Positions 47,968 through 58,707 of a stretch of DNA of 64,000 nt are shown here, piece by piece. Location: NCBI GenBank assembly GCA_043814605.1, contig JBDRJV010000037.1:163902-227901 (forward strand). Reading direction: 5' to 3'. This DNA comes from Candidatus Omnitrophota bacterium. GTDB lineage: Bacteria; Omnitrophota; Gorgyraeia; B26-G9. The stretch's first letter is position 1. Each line of letters opens with the position of its first letter. The notes beneath the pieces are model-generated. The model did not search any database, was not told the origin of the DNA, and saw only the letters and a list, made by a program, of their open reading frames with translations. Both the position numbers and the translations under genes were made by a program.

Positions 47968-49128
47968 ATGAGTTTAGTAAATTTAATATTTAATAAAATT
48001 AAATCTAAAATAAGCTTTTTCCCGGATAAAGGTTTAGCTTATTGGTTAATTCCTTATTTAAAAATTCAATTTAAAAAAACAATCCAGATTAAAAAGAGCT
48101 TAAGGCCGCAGCATATTATTTTAAGCATTGCGGATCATTATGAACCATTTCATGGCGCAGCTAATTTTAATTTGGCGCAGTCTCGGGTGCATAAATGGGT
48201 ACAAGAATATCCTAGATTTGCAGAAAAGCATAAAGATGCGAATGGGAAAAATCCCGCACATACCTGGTTTTATCCGCCGCATTTAGATCATTGTTTTTTA
48301 AAAGATTTAGTGGGTTTGTGTAAAACCGGATACGGAGAAATTGAAATGCATTTACACCATAATCACATGCGTCCCTTTCCGGATACTTCGCATACGTTAA
48401 AAGTAAAGATTTTAAAATGCATTGAAGATTATGCAAAATATGGGATTTTTTGTTTACCGGATGGAAGCAAAAGGTTTGGTTTTGTGCACGGAGACTGGTC
48501 TTTAGATAATTCACGCGGCAAGGAGATATGCGGGGTTAATGATGAGATTAAAATATTAAAAGAATGCGGTTGTTATGCTGATTTTACATTTCCTTCATTA
48601 GGCCCGGCACAACCAGCAATGATCAACAAAATTTATTATGTTGAAGATAATCCAAAGAAACCAAAATCTTATAACCAGGGTAAGGAATTAATTGCCGTGG
48701 GTAAGCCTTGGGGGGATTTATTAATGATTCCTGGAATTATCGGTTTACGCTGGGGTTCAAGAACGCATAAATTCAGACCTTCTGTAGAGAGTTCTGACTT
48801 AAGTAAATCAAATTATCCTTTTGAAAAAAGAATAGATTATTGGGTCCAAAACGCAATAACTATTCCTGGCAAGTCGGAGTGGAAATTTATAAAATTACAT
48901 ACACATGGAGCTATCGAAGATGCTTGGGATGTGCTTTTTGGTAAACAAGCAAATTTAATGTATGATTATTTAGAACAAAAATATAATGATAAAAAAAAGT
49001 ATATTTTGCATTATGTAACCGCGCGAGAAATGTACAATATTGTTAAGGCGGTTGAAGCAGGAGAAGGCGGTAATCCTAACTTGTACCGTGATTATGTTAT
49101 TCCCAGATATACTTATTTAAAGGTTTAA
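47968..49128 (+). CDS. conserved hypothetical protein, possible metal-dependent polysaccharide-deacetylase-like fold
   Basis: DHYEP, EIEMHLHH, FVHGDW, YADFTFP and KLHTHGA His/Asp motifs. Confidence 0.5.
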   Translation: MSLVNLIFNKIKSKISFFPDKGLAYWLIPYLKIQFKKTIQIKKSLRPQHIILSIADHYEPFHGAANFNLAQSRVHKWVQEYPRFAEKHKDANGKNPAHTWFYPPHLDHCFLKDLVGLCKTGYGEIEMHLHHNHMRPFPDTSHTLKVKILKCIEDYAKYGIFCLPDGSKRFGFVHGDWSLDNSRGKEICGVNDEIKILKECGCYADFTFPSLGPAQPAMINKIYYVEDNPKKPKSYNQGKELIAVGKPWGDLLMIPGIIGLRWGSRTHKFRPSVESSDLSKSNYPFEKRIDYWVQNAITIPGKSEWKFIKLHTHGAIEDAWDVLFGKQANLMYDYLEQKYNDKKKYILHYVTAREMYNIVKAVEAGEGGNPNLYRDYVIPRYTYLKV

Positions 49129-49129
49129 A

Positions 49130-50299
49130 ATGAATATTCTACTTGTTAGTCATATGTTTCCCAATAATGTTAATCCTGGGTATGGAGTCTTTGTTAAAGA
49201 ACAGGCTAAATTTGTGGCAAAAAAAACTGATCTGCAAGTTATGGCGCCATTGCCTTTTTTTCCTTTGGCCGTGCTTTTTTCTAAATATAAAAGTTTTAAT
49301 AAAATTAGGAAAGCTGAAATAATTGATGGTCTAAAAGTAACCCATCCCCAATATTTTTTTATCCCTAAAGTGTTAAAATTTTTGGATGCTTGGTTTTACT
49401 CTTTATCATTAAATAGAAATTTAAGAAATTTAATCCGGAAAGAAAAAATTCAAATCTTGCATTTTCATTGGGGATATCCGGATGCAATAGCTTTGCTAAG
49501 GTTAGCGAAAAAAACAGGGTTAAAAACTGTATTAACAATACATGGTAATGAGAGTATTTGCTATTTTGAAAATTCTTTGCGCAAAAAAATCGTTCAGAAA
49601 TATCTTAAAAAATTTGATTATTTAATTGTTGTAAGTAATGATTTGAAAAATAAAATTATTCAGTATTATGATGTCCCGAAAACTAAAATAACCGTGATGC
49701 CTAACGGGATTAATACTGAAAATTTTTATTCAATAGATAAAAATGAAGCACGCCATATGTGTGGGATTGATCATAAAAAACAAATTATTCTTACTGTCTG
49801 CCGGCTAAGCCATGAAAAAGGGATTGAATATTTATTCCAGGCAATACAAAAGATTAAGGAGATAAATGTGGAATTATTGATTGCCGGGGATGGCCCGTTA
49901 AAGGAGAAATTACTTGTTTTAGCTAGGCAATTAAAAATATCTGATAAAATTAAATTTCTCGGGACAATTGTCCATGAAGAAATTTATAAATTTTATAATG
50001 CAGCCGATATATTTTGTTTGCCATCATTATGGGAAGGTTGTCCTTGTACAATAATTGAAGCCATGGCTTGCGGAACACCGGTAGTGGCTACCAAAGTTGG
50101 GGGCATTCCGGATATGATCAATAAAGAAACAGGTGTTTTGGTTGAGCCTAAAAATCCGGTGGCTCTAGCAGTGGCATTAACTGAAGCTTTAAATAAAAAA
50201 TGGAATCATGAACAAATATCAGCTATCGGTCAAAGTAATAGCTGGGATAATGTGGCGGATAAAGTTATTGAGGTTTATAAGAAAATTTTAGAAAAATAA
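49130..50299 (+). CDS. glycosyltransferase family 4 (TuaC-like)
   Basis: FP....GVFV, HWGYPD, TIHG, RLSHEKG, EGCPCTIIEAMACG. Confidence 0.9.
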   Translation: MNILLVSHMFPNNVNPGYGVFVKEQAKFVAKKTDLQVMAPLPFFPLAVLFSKYKSFNKIRKAEIIDGLKVTHPQYFFIPKVLKFLDAWFYSLSLNRNLRNLIRKEKIQILHFHWGYPDAIALLRLAKKTGLKTVLTIHGNESICYFENSLRKKIVQKYLKKFDYLIVVSNDLKNKIIQYYDVPKTKITVMPNGINTENFYSIDKNEARHMCGIDHKKQIILTVCRLSHEKGIEYLFQAIQKIKEINVELLIAGDGPLKEKLLVLARQLKISDKIKFLGTIVHEEIYKFYNAADIFCLPSLWEGCPCTIIEAMACGTPVVATKVGGIPDMINKETGVLVEPKNPVALAVALTEALNKKWNHEQISAIGQSNSWDNVADKVIEVYKKILEK

Positions 50300-50402
50300 T
50301 TATAAATTATGAATTACGAATTATGAATGAAAAAAATTAAAACTCAAAGAATGATGGTAAAATAATTTTAACTTGTAACTTTTAACTCATAACTAATAAC
50401 TT
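50298..50402 (+). repeat. inverted pair of heptamer arrays with no ORF between
   Basis: aattata aattatg aattacg aattatg ... ttttaac ttgtaac ttttaac tcataac. Confidence 0.75.
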
Positions 50403-50417
50403 TACTGAAGGTAACAC

Positions 50418-52289
50418 ATGTGCGGAATATTTGGTATTTATTACTCTGATAAATCAAAAAATATTGATCAAAACCTAGTAGTTGATGCGACAAATTTAAT
50501 GCATCACCGGGGGCCGGATGATTCTGGATTCTATGTAAAAAATAATATTGGCTTAGGACACAGGCGATTAAGTATTATTGATTTATCGCATGGGCATCAG
50601 CCGATGTTTAATGAAGACAACTCTATAACTGTAGTTTATAACGGAGAAATTTATAATCACGTTGAAATTAAAACCCAGTTGATTGCAAAAGGGCATGTGT
50701 TTAAAACCAAGTGCGATACAGAGGTTATCATTCATGCTTATGAAGAATGGGGATATGAAAGTGTTGAAAAATTTAACGGAATGTTTGCGTTTATCGTATG
50801 CGATTACAATAAAAAAATATTATGGATAGTAAGAGATAGATTAGGCATCAAGCCATTATATTATTTTTGGGATAAGCAAGTATTTATATGTGCTTCAGAA
50901 ATTAAAGCAATATTAAGCACAAAATTAATAAATGCCCAAATTAATGAACAGGTTTTAGATAGTTATTTTACGCTGGGCTATGTGCCGGGGCCGCAAACGA
51001 TGTTTAAAAATATTTATAAAGTTAACCCTGGTAATTTTTTAATTATCAAAGGCTGTGAATTAATTGAAGAGAAATATTGGGATTTTAATCAGGTTGAAAC
51101 AGGAAGTTTCAATTTAGAAAAAGCAAAGAGTTTAGTTGAAGAAGTGCTTCGGGACAGTATTGCTAAGCGATTAATGAGTGATGTTTCTTTAGGGGTGTTC
51201 TTGAGCGGGGGATTAGATTCTAGTGCGGTTGTGGCTTTAATGAGCGAGGTGGTTAATAATCCGATTAAAACTTTTACCGTTAGCTATGATAAGAAGTTTA
51301 ATGTAGGAGAGGATGAGTATGCTCAAGCTATTGCTAAAAAATTTAACACAGAGCATCATGTTTTTAATTTAGAGCCGGAAAATTTTTTGGCTTCCGTAAA
51401 TACTTTAGTTGATTTTAGCGAGGAGCCGATTGTTGAACCTGCGGCAATTGCTTTGTATCATATTTCTAAACTAGCGCGGGAAAATGCAATTGTGCTTTTA
51501 TCCGGTGAAGGCAGTGATGAAGTGTTTGCCGGGTATTTTCTTTATCAATTTATGAATAATATTAATAAGTTACATCAGGCTGTCCCGCCGTATATTTGGC
51601 GGTTATTTAAACCGACTATGCCGTTGATTAACAGTACAAAATATACTAAGTATTTTGATTGGTTGATGTTACCTGCTGAAAAAAGTTATCTCGGAACATC
51701 AAACTATTTAACGGATTCTTTAAGGCAAAAGTTTTATTCGCCTGATTTTTTACAAGTAAAAGGCAGCTATTTAAAAGAAACTTTTGATAATTATTTTGAG
51801 CGGGTAAAGCATAAAAAAAGTTTTATTAATAAAATGCTTTACGTGGACACAAAAACCTGGTTAGTGGATGACTTGCTGTTAAAAGCGGATAAAATGACTA
51901 TGGCTGCATCCATAGAATTGAGAGTGCCTTTTTTAGATTATCGTTTAGTAGAGCTGGCGGCTTCAATGCCGGATAACCTTAAAATTAATAAAAGTAACGG
52001 TAAATTTATTTTAAAATCAATAATGAAAAATAGATTACCGGATTATATTATAAATCGAAAAAAAATGGGATTTCCTGTACCAACTAAAAATTGGTTTTGC
52101 CAGGATATTTTTGAAAAAATTAAGGATATCTTAATTAGTAAAAGCCATGATTTGCCTTGGTGGAAGAAAGAAATGATTGAAAAGTTACTTAAGGAGCATA
52201 GTTCTAAACAAGAAGATCACAGCAAGCTGTTGATGATGCTGCTTGTGTTTATTAATTGGAAAGATAAATATATTGATGGAAATTACTAA
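50418..52289 (+). CDS. asnB: asparagine synthase (glutamine-hydrolysing) family amidotransferase
   Basis: MCGIFG, HRGPD, RRLSIID, NGEIYN, LSGGLDSS, SGEGSDE, ELRVPFLD. Confidence 0.92.
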   Translation: MCGIFGIYYSDKSKNIDQNLVVDATNLMHHRGPDDSGFYVKNNIGLGHRRLSIIDLSHGHQPMFNEDNSITVVYNGEIYNHVEIKTQLIAKGHVFKTKCDTEVIIHAYEEWGYESVEKFNGMFAFIVCDYNKKILWIVRDRLGIKPLYYFWDKQVFICASEIKAILSTKLINAQINEQVLDSYFTLGYVPGPQTMFKNIYKVNPGNFLIIKGCELIEEKYWDFNQVETGSFNLEKAKSLVEEVLRDSIAKRLMSDVSLGVFLSGGLDSSAVVALMSEVVNNPIKTFTVSYDKKFNVGEDEYAQAIAKKFNTEHHVFNLEPENFLASVNTLVDFSEEPIVEPAAIALYHISKLARENAIVLLSGEGSDEVFAGYFLYQFMNNINKLHQAVPPYIWRLFKPTMPLINSTKYTKYFDWLMLPAEKSYLGTSNYLTDSLRQKFYSPDFLQVKGSYLKETFDNYFERVKHKKSFINKMLYVDTKTWLVDDLLLKADKMTMAASIELRVPFLDYRLVELAASMPDNLKINKSNGKFILKSIMKNRLPDYIINRKKMGFPVPTKNWFCQDIFEKIKDILISKSHDLPWWKKEMIEKLLKEHSSKQEDHSKLLMMLLVFINWKDKYIDGNY

Positions 52290-52406
52290 TTACGAATTAT
52301 ACCCGCAGGGCACAGGTGAGTTACAAATTAAAAAATAGAATGCAGCAGGTCGCAGGAAAATAAAAAAAAGGTAAAGAAATCACTAATTAATGAATTGCGA
52401 GTTAAG
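52281..52406 (+). repeat. heptamer left-type arrays with a 17-nt insert
   Basis: aattact aattacg aattat[acccgcagggcacaggt]g agttaca aattaaa; tgaattgcgagtt. Confidence 0.65.
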
Positions 52407-52417
52407 GGTTGAAAATA

Positions 52418-53611
52418 ATGAAGGATGAATTTAGAAAATTAAAAATTGTATATCATCACCGTACTCAAGGAAAGGGTGCAGAGGGAGTGCACATTCGAGA
52501 GATAATTAAAGCCTTGGAAGTTGAGGGCCACACAGTTTATGTAGTTAATCCTCCGGGGATTAATGTATTAATGGAACGTGATGAAGCGGATGTGTTTAAA
52601 AAATCATGGCTTGCAAAATTTTGGTCAATTTCAAGTAAGTATGCGCCACAGGTTTTATTTGAGATTTTAGAAGTTTGTTACAACTTTGTTGCTTTTTATG
52701 CAATAAAAAAAATTGTAGAAAAAGAAAACATTGATTTCATCTATGAAAGAAACGCTTTTTTTTGCTGGGCTGGGACAGCTGTTGCCCGGAAATTTAATAT
52801 TCCAATATTTATTGAGGTCAATGAAGTCAGCGGGATTGAACGCATCCGGGGCCAAGTTCTAACAAAGATTGCAAAAAAAATAGAACAATTTAATTTCCAT
52901 AATGCTTATGCCATTATTGTGGTCTCAGAATTTTTAAAAAAACATATTGCTAATATGGGGATAAATGAAGAAAAAATTCATGTTATGCCCAATGCTGTGG
53001 ATATTAAAAAATTTCAATCTAATGAAAATGAGATTAAAACTATTAAAGATAAATTTAAGTTAGGAGATAAAATTGTTTTAGGTTTTGTGGGAAGTTTTGT
53101 TAAATGGCATAATTTTGATTTGCTTTTTAATGTTTTAAAAGAAACATCAGTGCAGTTAAATAAAAATATTTGTTTATTAGTTGTAGGAGATGGCCCGTTA
53201 AGGGAAAGTTTAAAGCTAAAGGTGAAAGAATTAGGAATAGAGGGAAAAGTTATTTTTACGGGTAAAGTATTGCATGCTCAGGTGCCGCAATATATAAATA
53301 CAATGGATATTTGTATTATTCCGCACGCAAATGAGTACCGCTCTCCTATAAAATTATTTGAATATATGGCTATGGGTAAAACTGTTGTGGTTCCCAAAGT
53401 TGAACCGATTGAAAGTATAATTACGCATTCTGAAAACGGATGGATCTTTGAACTGGACAATAAAGATTCATTATTTAAATCTTTGAAATTTTTAATTGAA
53501 AATAAAAATATTCAGGAAGAAATTGGGAAAAATGCCAGAGATTTGGTATTCAATCAATATCTTTGGTCACATAATGCTCAAAGACTATTGTCTCTATATT
53601 ATAATTATTAA
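52418..53611 (+). CDS. glycosyltransferase family 4
   Basis: YER, EVN, PNAVD, GFVGS..WH, SPIKLFEYMAMG. Confidence 0.9.
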   Translation: MKDEFRKLKIVYHHRTQGKGAEGVHIREIIKALEVEGHTVYVVNPPGINVLMERDEADVFKKSWLAKFWSISSKYAPQVLFEILEVCYNFVAFYAIKKIVEKENIDFIYERNAFFCWAGTAVARKFNIPIFIEVNEVSGIERIRGQVLTKIAKKIEQFNFHNAYAIIVVSEFLKKHIANMGINEEKIHVMPNAVDIKKFQSNENEIKTIKDKFKLGDKIVLGFVGSFVKWHNFDLLFNVLKETSVQLNKNICLLVVGDGPLRESLKLKVKELGIEGKVIFTGKVLHAQVPQYINTMDICIIPHANEYRSPIKLFEYMAMGKTVVVPKVEPIESIITHSENGWIFELDNKDSLFKSLKFLIENKNIQEEIGKNARDLVFNQYLWSHNAQRLLSLYYNY

Positions 53612-53619
53612 GAAAGTGC

Positions 53620-53648
53620 TTGCTTCCTGGAAGAATTTATAGCATAAT
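53620..53648 (+). promoter_or_regulatory. candidate sigma70 promoter
   Basis: TTGCTT-17 nt-CATAAT just upstream of 53671. Confidence 0.5.
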
Positions 53649-53670
53649 AATATCTGTATAGCTTACGGAT

Positions 53671-56600
53671 ATGAATCTATACAGAAAGGCCATGAAACAC
53701 ATAATTTTAAACTACGTATTAATTCCACTCTTAATAATCTTTAATTTACTTTTTGTCCAAATTGTTCAGGCGGCAACATATTATATGCCGGATAATTTTG
53801 CCAATTTACAAGCAGCATTCTCCGGCATGTCCGGCGGAGATACTTTAATTATCCGGAACGGGACTTATACCGGAGATGCGAACAGGATTACGACGAGTCA
53901 ACGCCCGCCTCAAGGCAATGCCGGAGCCTGGACAATAATTAAAGCGGAAAATGACGGCCAGGTTATTTTTGATGGGCAAAATGTCAGGAATATATTTGAC
54001 CATCAGCCTTCTTCAAGCAATAAGTATTGGCAGTTTGAAGGGCTGATCTGGTGCCGGACTCCGGATAGTAATGTTACTTTGACATATTCTCGTTATGTAA
54101 AATTTCTACGCTGCGGGGCTTTTGGCTGCGGTGCGGGAAACCGGATAAATTTCAATATCGGCCGGCAGAACGAGTATATTTTACTTGAGAACTGCTATGC
54201 CTGGGGCAGCGGCCGGTATAAGTTTTCCGCTTATCAAAGCCGGAGGATAGTTTTCCGGCAATGCGTGGGCCGCATGGATGATGTTAATGCTTTGGGTGAG
54301 CCGATCGCGATTTTTGCCATATATTCGGTGGATGATGTGGAGGTACAGAATTGTATTGCTATAGATTCTAATCAGACTTCGTCCTGGAGTAATGTCGGCC
54401 AATGCAGCGGATCTTTTTTTGTCCCTTCCACAGATATGGATGCTAACCGGGTAAATTTCACGCAATGCATTGCGTTAAACAATCAAATTGCCGGATTGTG
54501 TACGACAGGAAATAGTTCTTACGCGGCTAATGATGTGACGTTCCGGGATTGTGTAGTTTGGAATGTCGGATCATTTGATAACAACGCAATCAACTTATTA
54601 AGAGGTTATAATTCACAACTGCTCAATTGCACCTTTGGCCTGGCTAATGACCCGATAGATACGCATTATTCTTATGATGCTATTGATTTTGATAATAACG
54701 GTGTGTGTAAGAATTCCATAATTTATAATCACAGAGGCGCTGGGGTATTTAATGATTTTGAGATTGAAGATTACAATTGTTTATATGCTAACGACAACAA
54801 CAATAATTCCGGTTTGCATGATATAACTAATGTGAACCCAATTTATCATGCGTCAAATAATATTAGCGGAGCGTTGAGATACATTGTGCGGATTGAAAAT
54901 AATTCTAATTTGAGTACACGCGGCGAGAACAACGCAATTATTGGAGCGAATTGTTTAAAGACTATTGGCGCGCCAGGGTCGTTATGGGGCGAATATGGGT
55001 ATAATACCGTACAATCTACGAATTTATGGCCGTTTCCGTATGAGAGTGTAATTCGTACGGCAATGAGGGCATATAATTCCGGCGGGGTTAGCGGCAACCG
55101 GGGTTTTTGTGTAGATGGCCAGACACTAACCAAATATATTTGGGAATATTTAGGTAATCCGATGCCAACGGAACTTTATCAGGCAAGTCCGCTTACGATT
55201 AATACTACGGCTCTATCTGGTGGTGTAGTTAATACGAATTATCAGCAAACGCTTTCGGCTACCGGAGGAACTGCGCCGTATACATGGTCGATTGTTTCCG
55301 GCAGTATGCCTAATGGCTTAGTGTTGAATGCTTCAACCGGCCAGATCACCGGTATCCCGACACAGGAAAATACATTTAATTTTACGATCCAGGTGCGCGA
55401 TAGTGTAATGGCTACGGATACCCAAAGCCTTTCGATTGCAGTTATTCGGCAGGATACAACTGCTCCACTGATTTCCAGCGTAAATATTTCTAATATAACT
55501 CAATCATCGGCGATTATTTCCTGGGATACAGATGAGCCGGCAAACTCCCAGATACAGTACGGAGTAACTACATCCTATGGTTCTCAGACGGCACTGAATA
55601 CAAGCATGGTGACAGCGCATTCAGTATTAATCGCTAATCTTACTTCTAATACCGGGTATCATTTTAGGATTTTAAGCGCGGATAACTCGAATAATTTAAG
55701 GATTTCCGGGGATTATACTTTTACCACTAATTCAGTGGTTGTTACGGATAATGTTGCTCCACTGATTTCCAGCGTAAATATTTCTAATATAACTCAGTCA
55801 TCGGCGACTGTTTCCTGGAATACAGATGAGCCGGCAAACTCCCAGATACAGTACGGAGTAACTACATCCTATGGTTATCAGACGGCAATGAATACAAGCA
55901 TGGTTACTTCGCATTCTGTTTCGATTGCAAATCTTAATTCTGATACCGGATATCATTTTAGGATTTTAAGCGCGGATAACTCGAATAATTTAAGGATTTC
56001 CGGGGATTATACTTTTACCACTAATCAGGAAGTTATAAACGATAATATTGCTCCGGCAAATATTCAAGATTTAACAGTAGTTTTAACTACAAGTAATTCT
56101 GTAACACTTAGCTGGACTGCACCTGGTGATGATGCTAACAGCGGTACTGCGGCCAGTTATGATATCCGGTATTCAACGATTGGTAGTAGTTGGTATATCT
56201 GGTATTTTTCGTCTTTTGTAAACGGAGAACCCATACCGGCTGTTGCCGGAACAAGACAGACGATGACAATAGCCGGATTATCTTCGGGAAGGACATATTA
56301 TTTTGTGATGAAAACCCAGGATGAAGCGTCAAATGTCTCTGGGTATTCAAATGTTGTGAGCGGGCAAACGCAAAATATAAATGTTGCTGATTCTCAAGCT
56401 CCCTATGTTGAAGCTTGTTTGCCAATATTAAATGGTAGTAATATTCCGCGTGATACCAATATCCATTTTTGTATAAAAGATAATATTTCCGGAGTTGATC
56501 GAAGTACAATAGATTTATCTGTGCAGGGTATAGATATAATCACTAACGGAGGTATTCGCACATATATCGATGCTAATGGTCAGACTCAAGATTATAATGT

Positions 56601-58707
56601 GGAAATCTTCGAAAAAAATTCTCACGAATTTGTGATTACTTATGATCCGGCTGAATATTTCAATTACGAAGATACAATCAATGTTGTGGTTAATGCTAGC
56701 GATTTAAACCAGAATGAAATTGGCGGATACAGTTATTCTTTTAAAGTGCAGGGATTTGTTTACGGGGCATTTAATTCTTTTGGTGGTATGGCTCTGACCC
56801 AAACTCTGGACGATGAAGTTATTCCTGATTCTGTTATAAATCCAGCTCAAGATAATTCTTGCATTGTTGCCTCAACTAATGGAAAAAATGTTTATGTTGC
56901 TTGGGAACAAAGATCTAGTACGGGGGAGTGGAATATTTATTTGGCCTGGTCATTAAATTTTGGTGAAAATTTTACAGGATTAGTCCAGGTGAATCCGAGT
57001 ATATCCGGAATAGAATGCCGTTATCCGGCTTTGGATATTGACACAGCAGGAAATGTGTATGTAGTTTGGCAGCAACAGAGTGCAGGCGCAGGCTGGGATA
57101 TTTATATTGCCAAATTAGATAGCGGCCAAGCAAAGTTTAGTGAGAGTTATGTTATTTATAATGATATTGATGATACTAATCAGACAAAACCTTCAATTGC
57201 TGTGGGCTCTGCTTTAATTTCAGACGGAAATCCGAATACAGCAGAACCAGCGACAATATATGTCAGCTGGCTTGATGATCGTACATCAACAGCTCAAGTT
57301 TATTATACCCGAACAACTGCCGTATACAGTGATGCTTGGTATAGATTTGTGGCTGCGCCTATTCGTGTTGATGATGATCGCTGGCCGCAATATTGTGCAG
57401 ATGCAAATATTATAATTGATAATAACTCAAACATTTTTATCGCCTGGAGCGGAATCAATGATGATGGAAGTTGTAGTGTTTACTTTGACCGAGCGATTAG
57501 AACAATATATGACCGGGCAGAAAATTTTGGGACGGATGTAAGAGTGAATAGTTCTTCCAGCGGTAAGGCCCCATTATTAGCAGTTTCTAATGACGGGAGT
57601 AAAGTATATGTTCTTTGGAAAGAGTTATCTTTCGGGCAGGCAAAGCTACAATTTTCATATTACGGTTATAGCCAGTTACAGCGTAGATATTTACTGAATA
57701 TGTCAACACAAGTAAATACAAGTATACTCACTGAGAATGAACTAAATGAATATTCATTGAAGATAAATAGGGATGATGATGCTTTTGTAGTTTGGAGTGA
57801 ACAGCAGGGTGCTACAAGTATGATTAATATGGCCGGGGCTACATCCGGAAGTTATCAGTTCTTAAATTATGCTAATTTTACAACAGCAGGCAATCAAAAC
57901 AGGCCTTTTTTAGAAACAGATGTGGCAGGATATCATTTTTTTGTTAGCTGGACGGATAACACGAGTGGATTTGAATCAATAATGTTTTGCCGAAATACTT
58001 TTATTGTCACAGATCAGATCAAATCTCAAAAAATAGATAATGAGTTGGGCGGAATCGTGAGAGTTAGTGAGGGCAATATTACGGGTGCATCTGTAGCAAT
58101 AGAGGCAAACTCAATCGATGCTCCGGTTGAAATTACGCTTGCCGAAGTTATTGCATCACCGGCAAATAGTAGTAATATGCAAAAGATTGGCAACGGAGTT
58201 GACTTTGGACCCGGAGGAACAATTTTTAGTATTGATGCGAGAATTACTATTCCTTATACGGATGCGGCTTTATCTTTAGCCGGGATAGCAGATGAATCAG
58301 TATTAAAAGTATTTAATTATAATTTAGAAAAATCTGTATGGGAATTAGTGAATGGAGCAATCGTGAATACAGACGATAATACAGTTTCAGCAGGAATAAG
58401 TCATTTTTCAATTTATACAATAGGCAGGTCTACAGTAGTTGCTGATGCCGGTGGCGGCGGAGGCGGTGGTTTTTGCTTTATTGCCACAGCTGCTTTTAAT
58501 ACTCCGATGGCGAAAGAAGTATGTGTGCTTTGTCAATTTAGAGATAAATATTTACTGACAAACAATTGCGGTATTTGGTTTGTAAAATTTTATTACCATT
58601 ACAGCCCGCCCCTGGCTGACTTTATAAGGAATAAAGAAGGTTTAAAAAGTATAATTAGAGCTTGTTTGAAACCGTTGATAACCTTAAGTGAAATGATTTG
58701 TGAATAA
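53671..58707 (+). CDS. large secreted protein: beta-helix-like N-domain, Ig-like domain, FN3-like repeats, propeller-like region, C-terminal CFI-box-CTERM
   Basis: Signal peptide (VQA-A); GGDTLIIRNGTY; GGTAPYTW..G.MP.GL (Ig); W.TDEPANSQIQYG repeats; GGGGGGFCFIATAAF..FRDKYLL..FYYHYSPPLAD. Confidence 0.8.
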   Translation: MNLYRKAMKHIILNYVLIPLLIIFNLLFVQIVQAATYYMPDNFANLQAAFSGMSGGDTLIIRNGTYTGDANRITTSQRPPQGNAGAWTIIKAENDGQVIFDGQNVRNIFDHQPSSSNKYWQFEGLIWCRTPDSNVTLTYSRYVKFLRCGAFGCGAGNRINFNIGRQNEYILLENCYAWGSGRYKFSAYQSRRIVFRQCVGRMDDVNALGEPIAIFAIYSVDDVEVQNCIAIDSNQTSSWSNVGQCSGSFFVPSTDMDANRVNFTQCIALNNQIAGLCTTGNSSYAANDVTFRDCVVWNVGSFDNNAINLLRGYNSQLLNCTFGLANDPIDTHYSYDAIDFDNNGVCKNSIIYNHRGAGVFNDFEIEDYNCLYANDNNNNSGLHDITNVNPIYHASNNISGALRYIVRIENNSNLSTRGENNAIIGANCLKTIGAPGSLWGEYGYNTVQSTNLWPFPYESVIRTAMRAYNSGGVSGNRGFCVDGQTLTKYIWEYLGNPMPTELYQASPLTINTTALSGGVVNTNYQQTLSATGGTAPYTWSIVSGSMPNGLVLNASTGQITGIPTQENTFNFTIQVRDSVMATDTQSLSIAVIRQDTTAPLISSVNISNITQSSAIISWDTDEPANSQIQYGVTTSYGSQTALNTSMVTAHSVLIANLTSNTGYHFRILSADNSNNLRISGDYTFTTNSVVVTDNVAPLISSVNISNITQSSATVSWNTDEPANSQIQYGVTTSYGYQTAMNTSMVTSHSVSIANLNSDTGYHFRILSADNSNNLRISGDYTFTTNQEVINDNIAPANIQDLTVVLTTSNSVTLSWTAPGDDANSGTAASYDIRYSTIGSSWYIWYFSSFVNGEPIPAVAGTRQTMTIAGLSSGRTYYFVMKTQDEASNVSGYSNVVSGQTQNINVADSQAPYVEACLPILNGSNIPRDTNIHFCIKDNISGVDRSTIDLSVQGIDIITNGGIRTYIDANGQTQDYNVEIFEKNSHEFVITYDPAEYFNYEDTINVVVNASDLNQNEIGGYSYSFKVQGFVYGAFNSFGGMALTQTLDDEVIPDSVINPAQDNSCIVASTNGKNVYVAWEQRSSTGEWNIYLAWSLNFGENFTGLVQVNPSISGIECRYPALDIDTAGNVYVVWQQQSAGAGWDIYIAKLDSGQAKFSESYVIYNDIDDTNQTKPSIAVGSALISDGNPNTAEPATIYVSWLDDRTSTAQVYYTRTTAVYSDAWYRFVAAPIRVDDDRWPQYCADANIIIDNNSNIFIAWSGINDDGSCSVYFDRAIRTIYDRAENFGTDVRVNSSSSGKAPLLAVSNDGSKVYVLWKELSFGQAKLQFSYYGYSQLQRRYLLNMSTQVNTSILTENELNEYSLKINRDDDAFVVWSEQQGATSMINMAGATSGSYQFLNYANFTTAGNQNRPFLETDVAGYHFFVSWTDNTSGFESIMFCRNTFIVTDQIKSQKIDNELGGIVRVSEGNITGASVAIEANSIDAPVEITLAEVIASPANSSNMQKIGNGVDFGPGGTIFSIDARITIPYTDAALSLAGIADESVLKVFNYNLEKSVWELVNGAIVNTDDNTVSAGISHFSIYTIGRSTVVADAGGGGGGGFCFIATAAFNTPMAKEVCVLCQFRDKYLLTNNCGIWFVKFYYHYSPPLADFIRNKEGLKSIIRACLKPLITLSEMICE
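55461..56025 (+). repeat. intragenic tandem duplication, 294-nt period (FN3-like module)
   Basis: 55461-55731 is nearly identical to 55755-56025. Confidence 0.9.
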
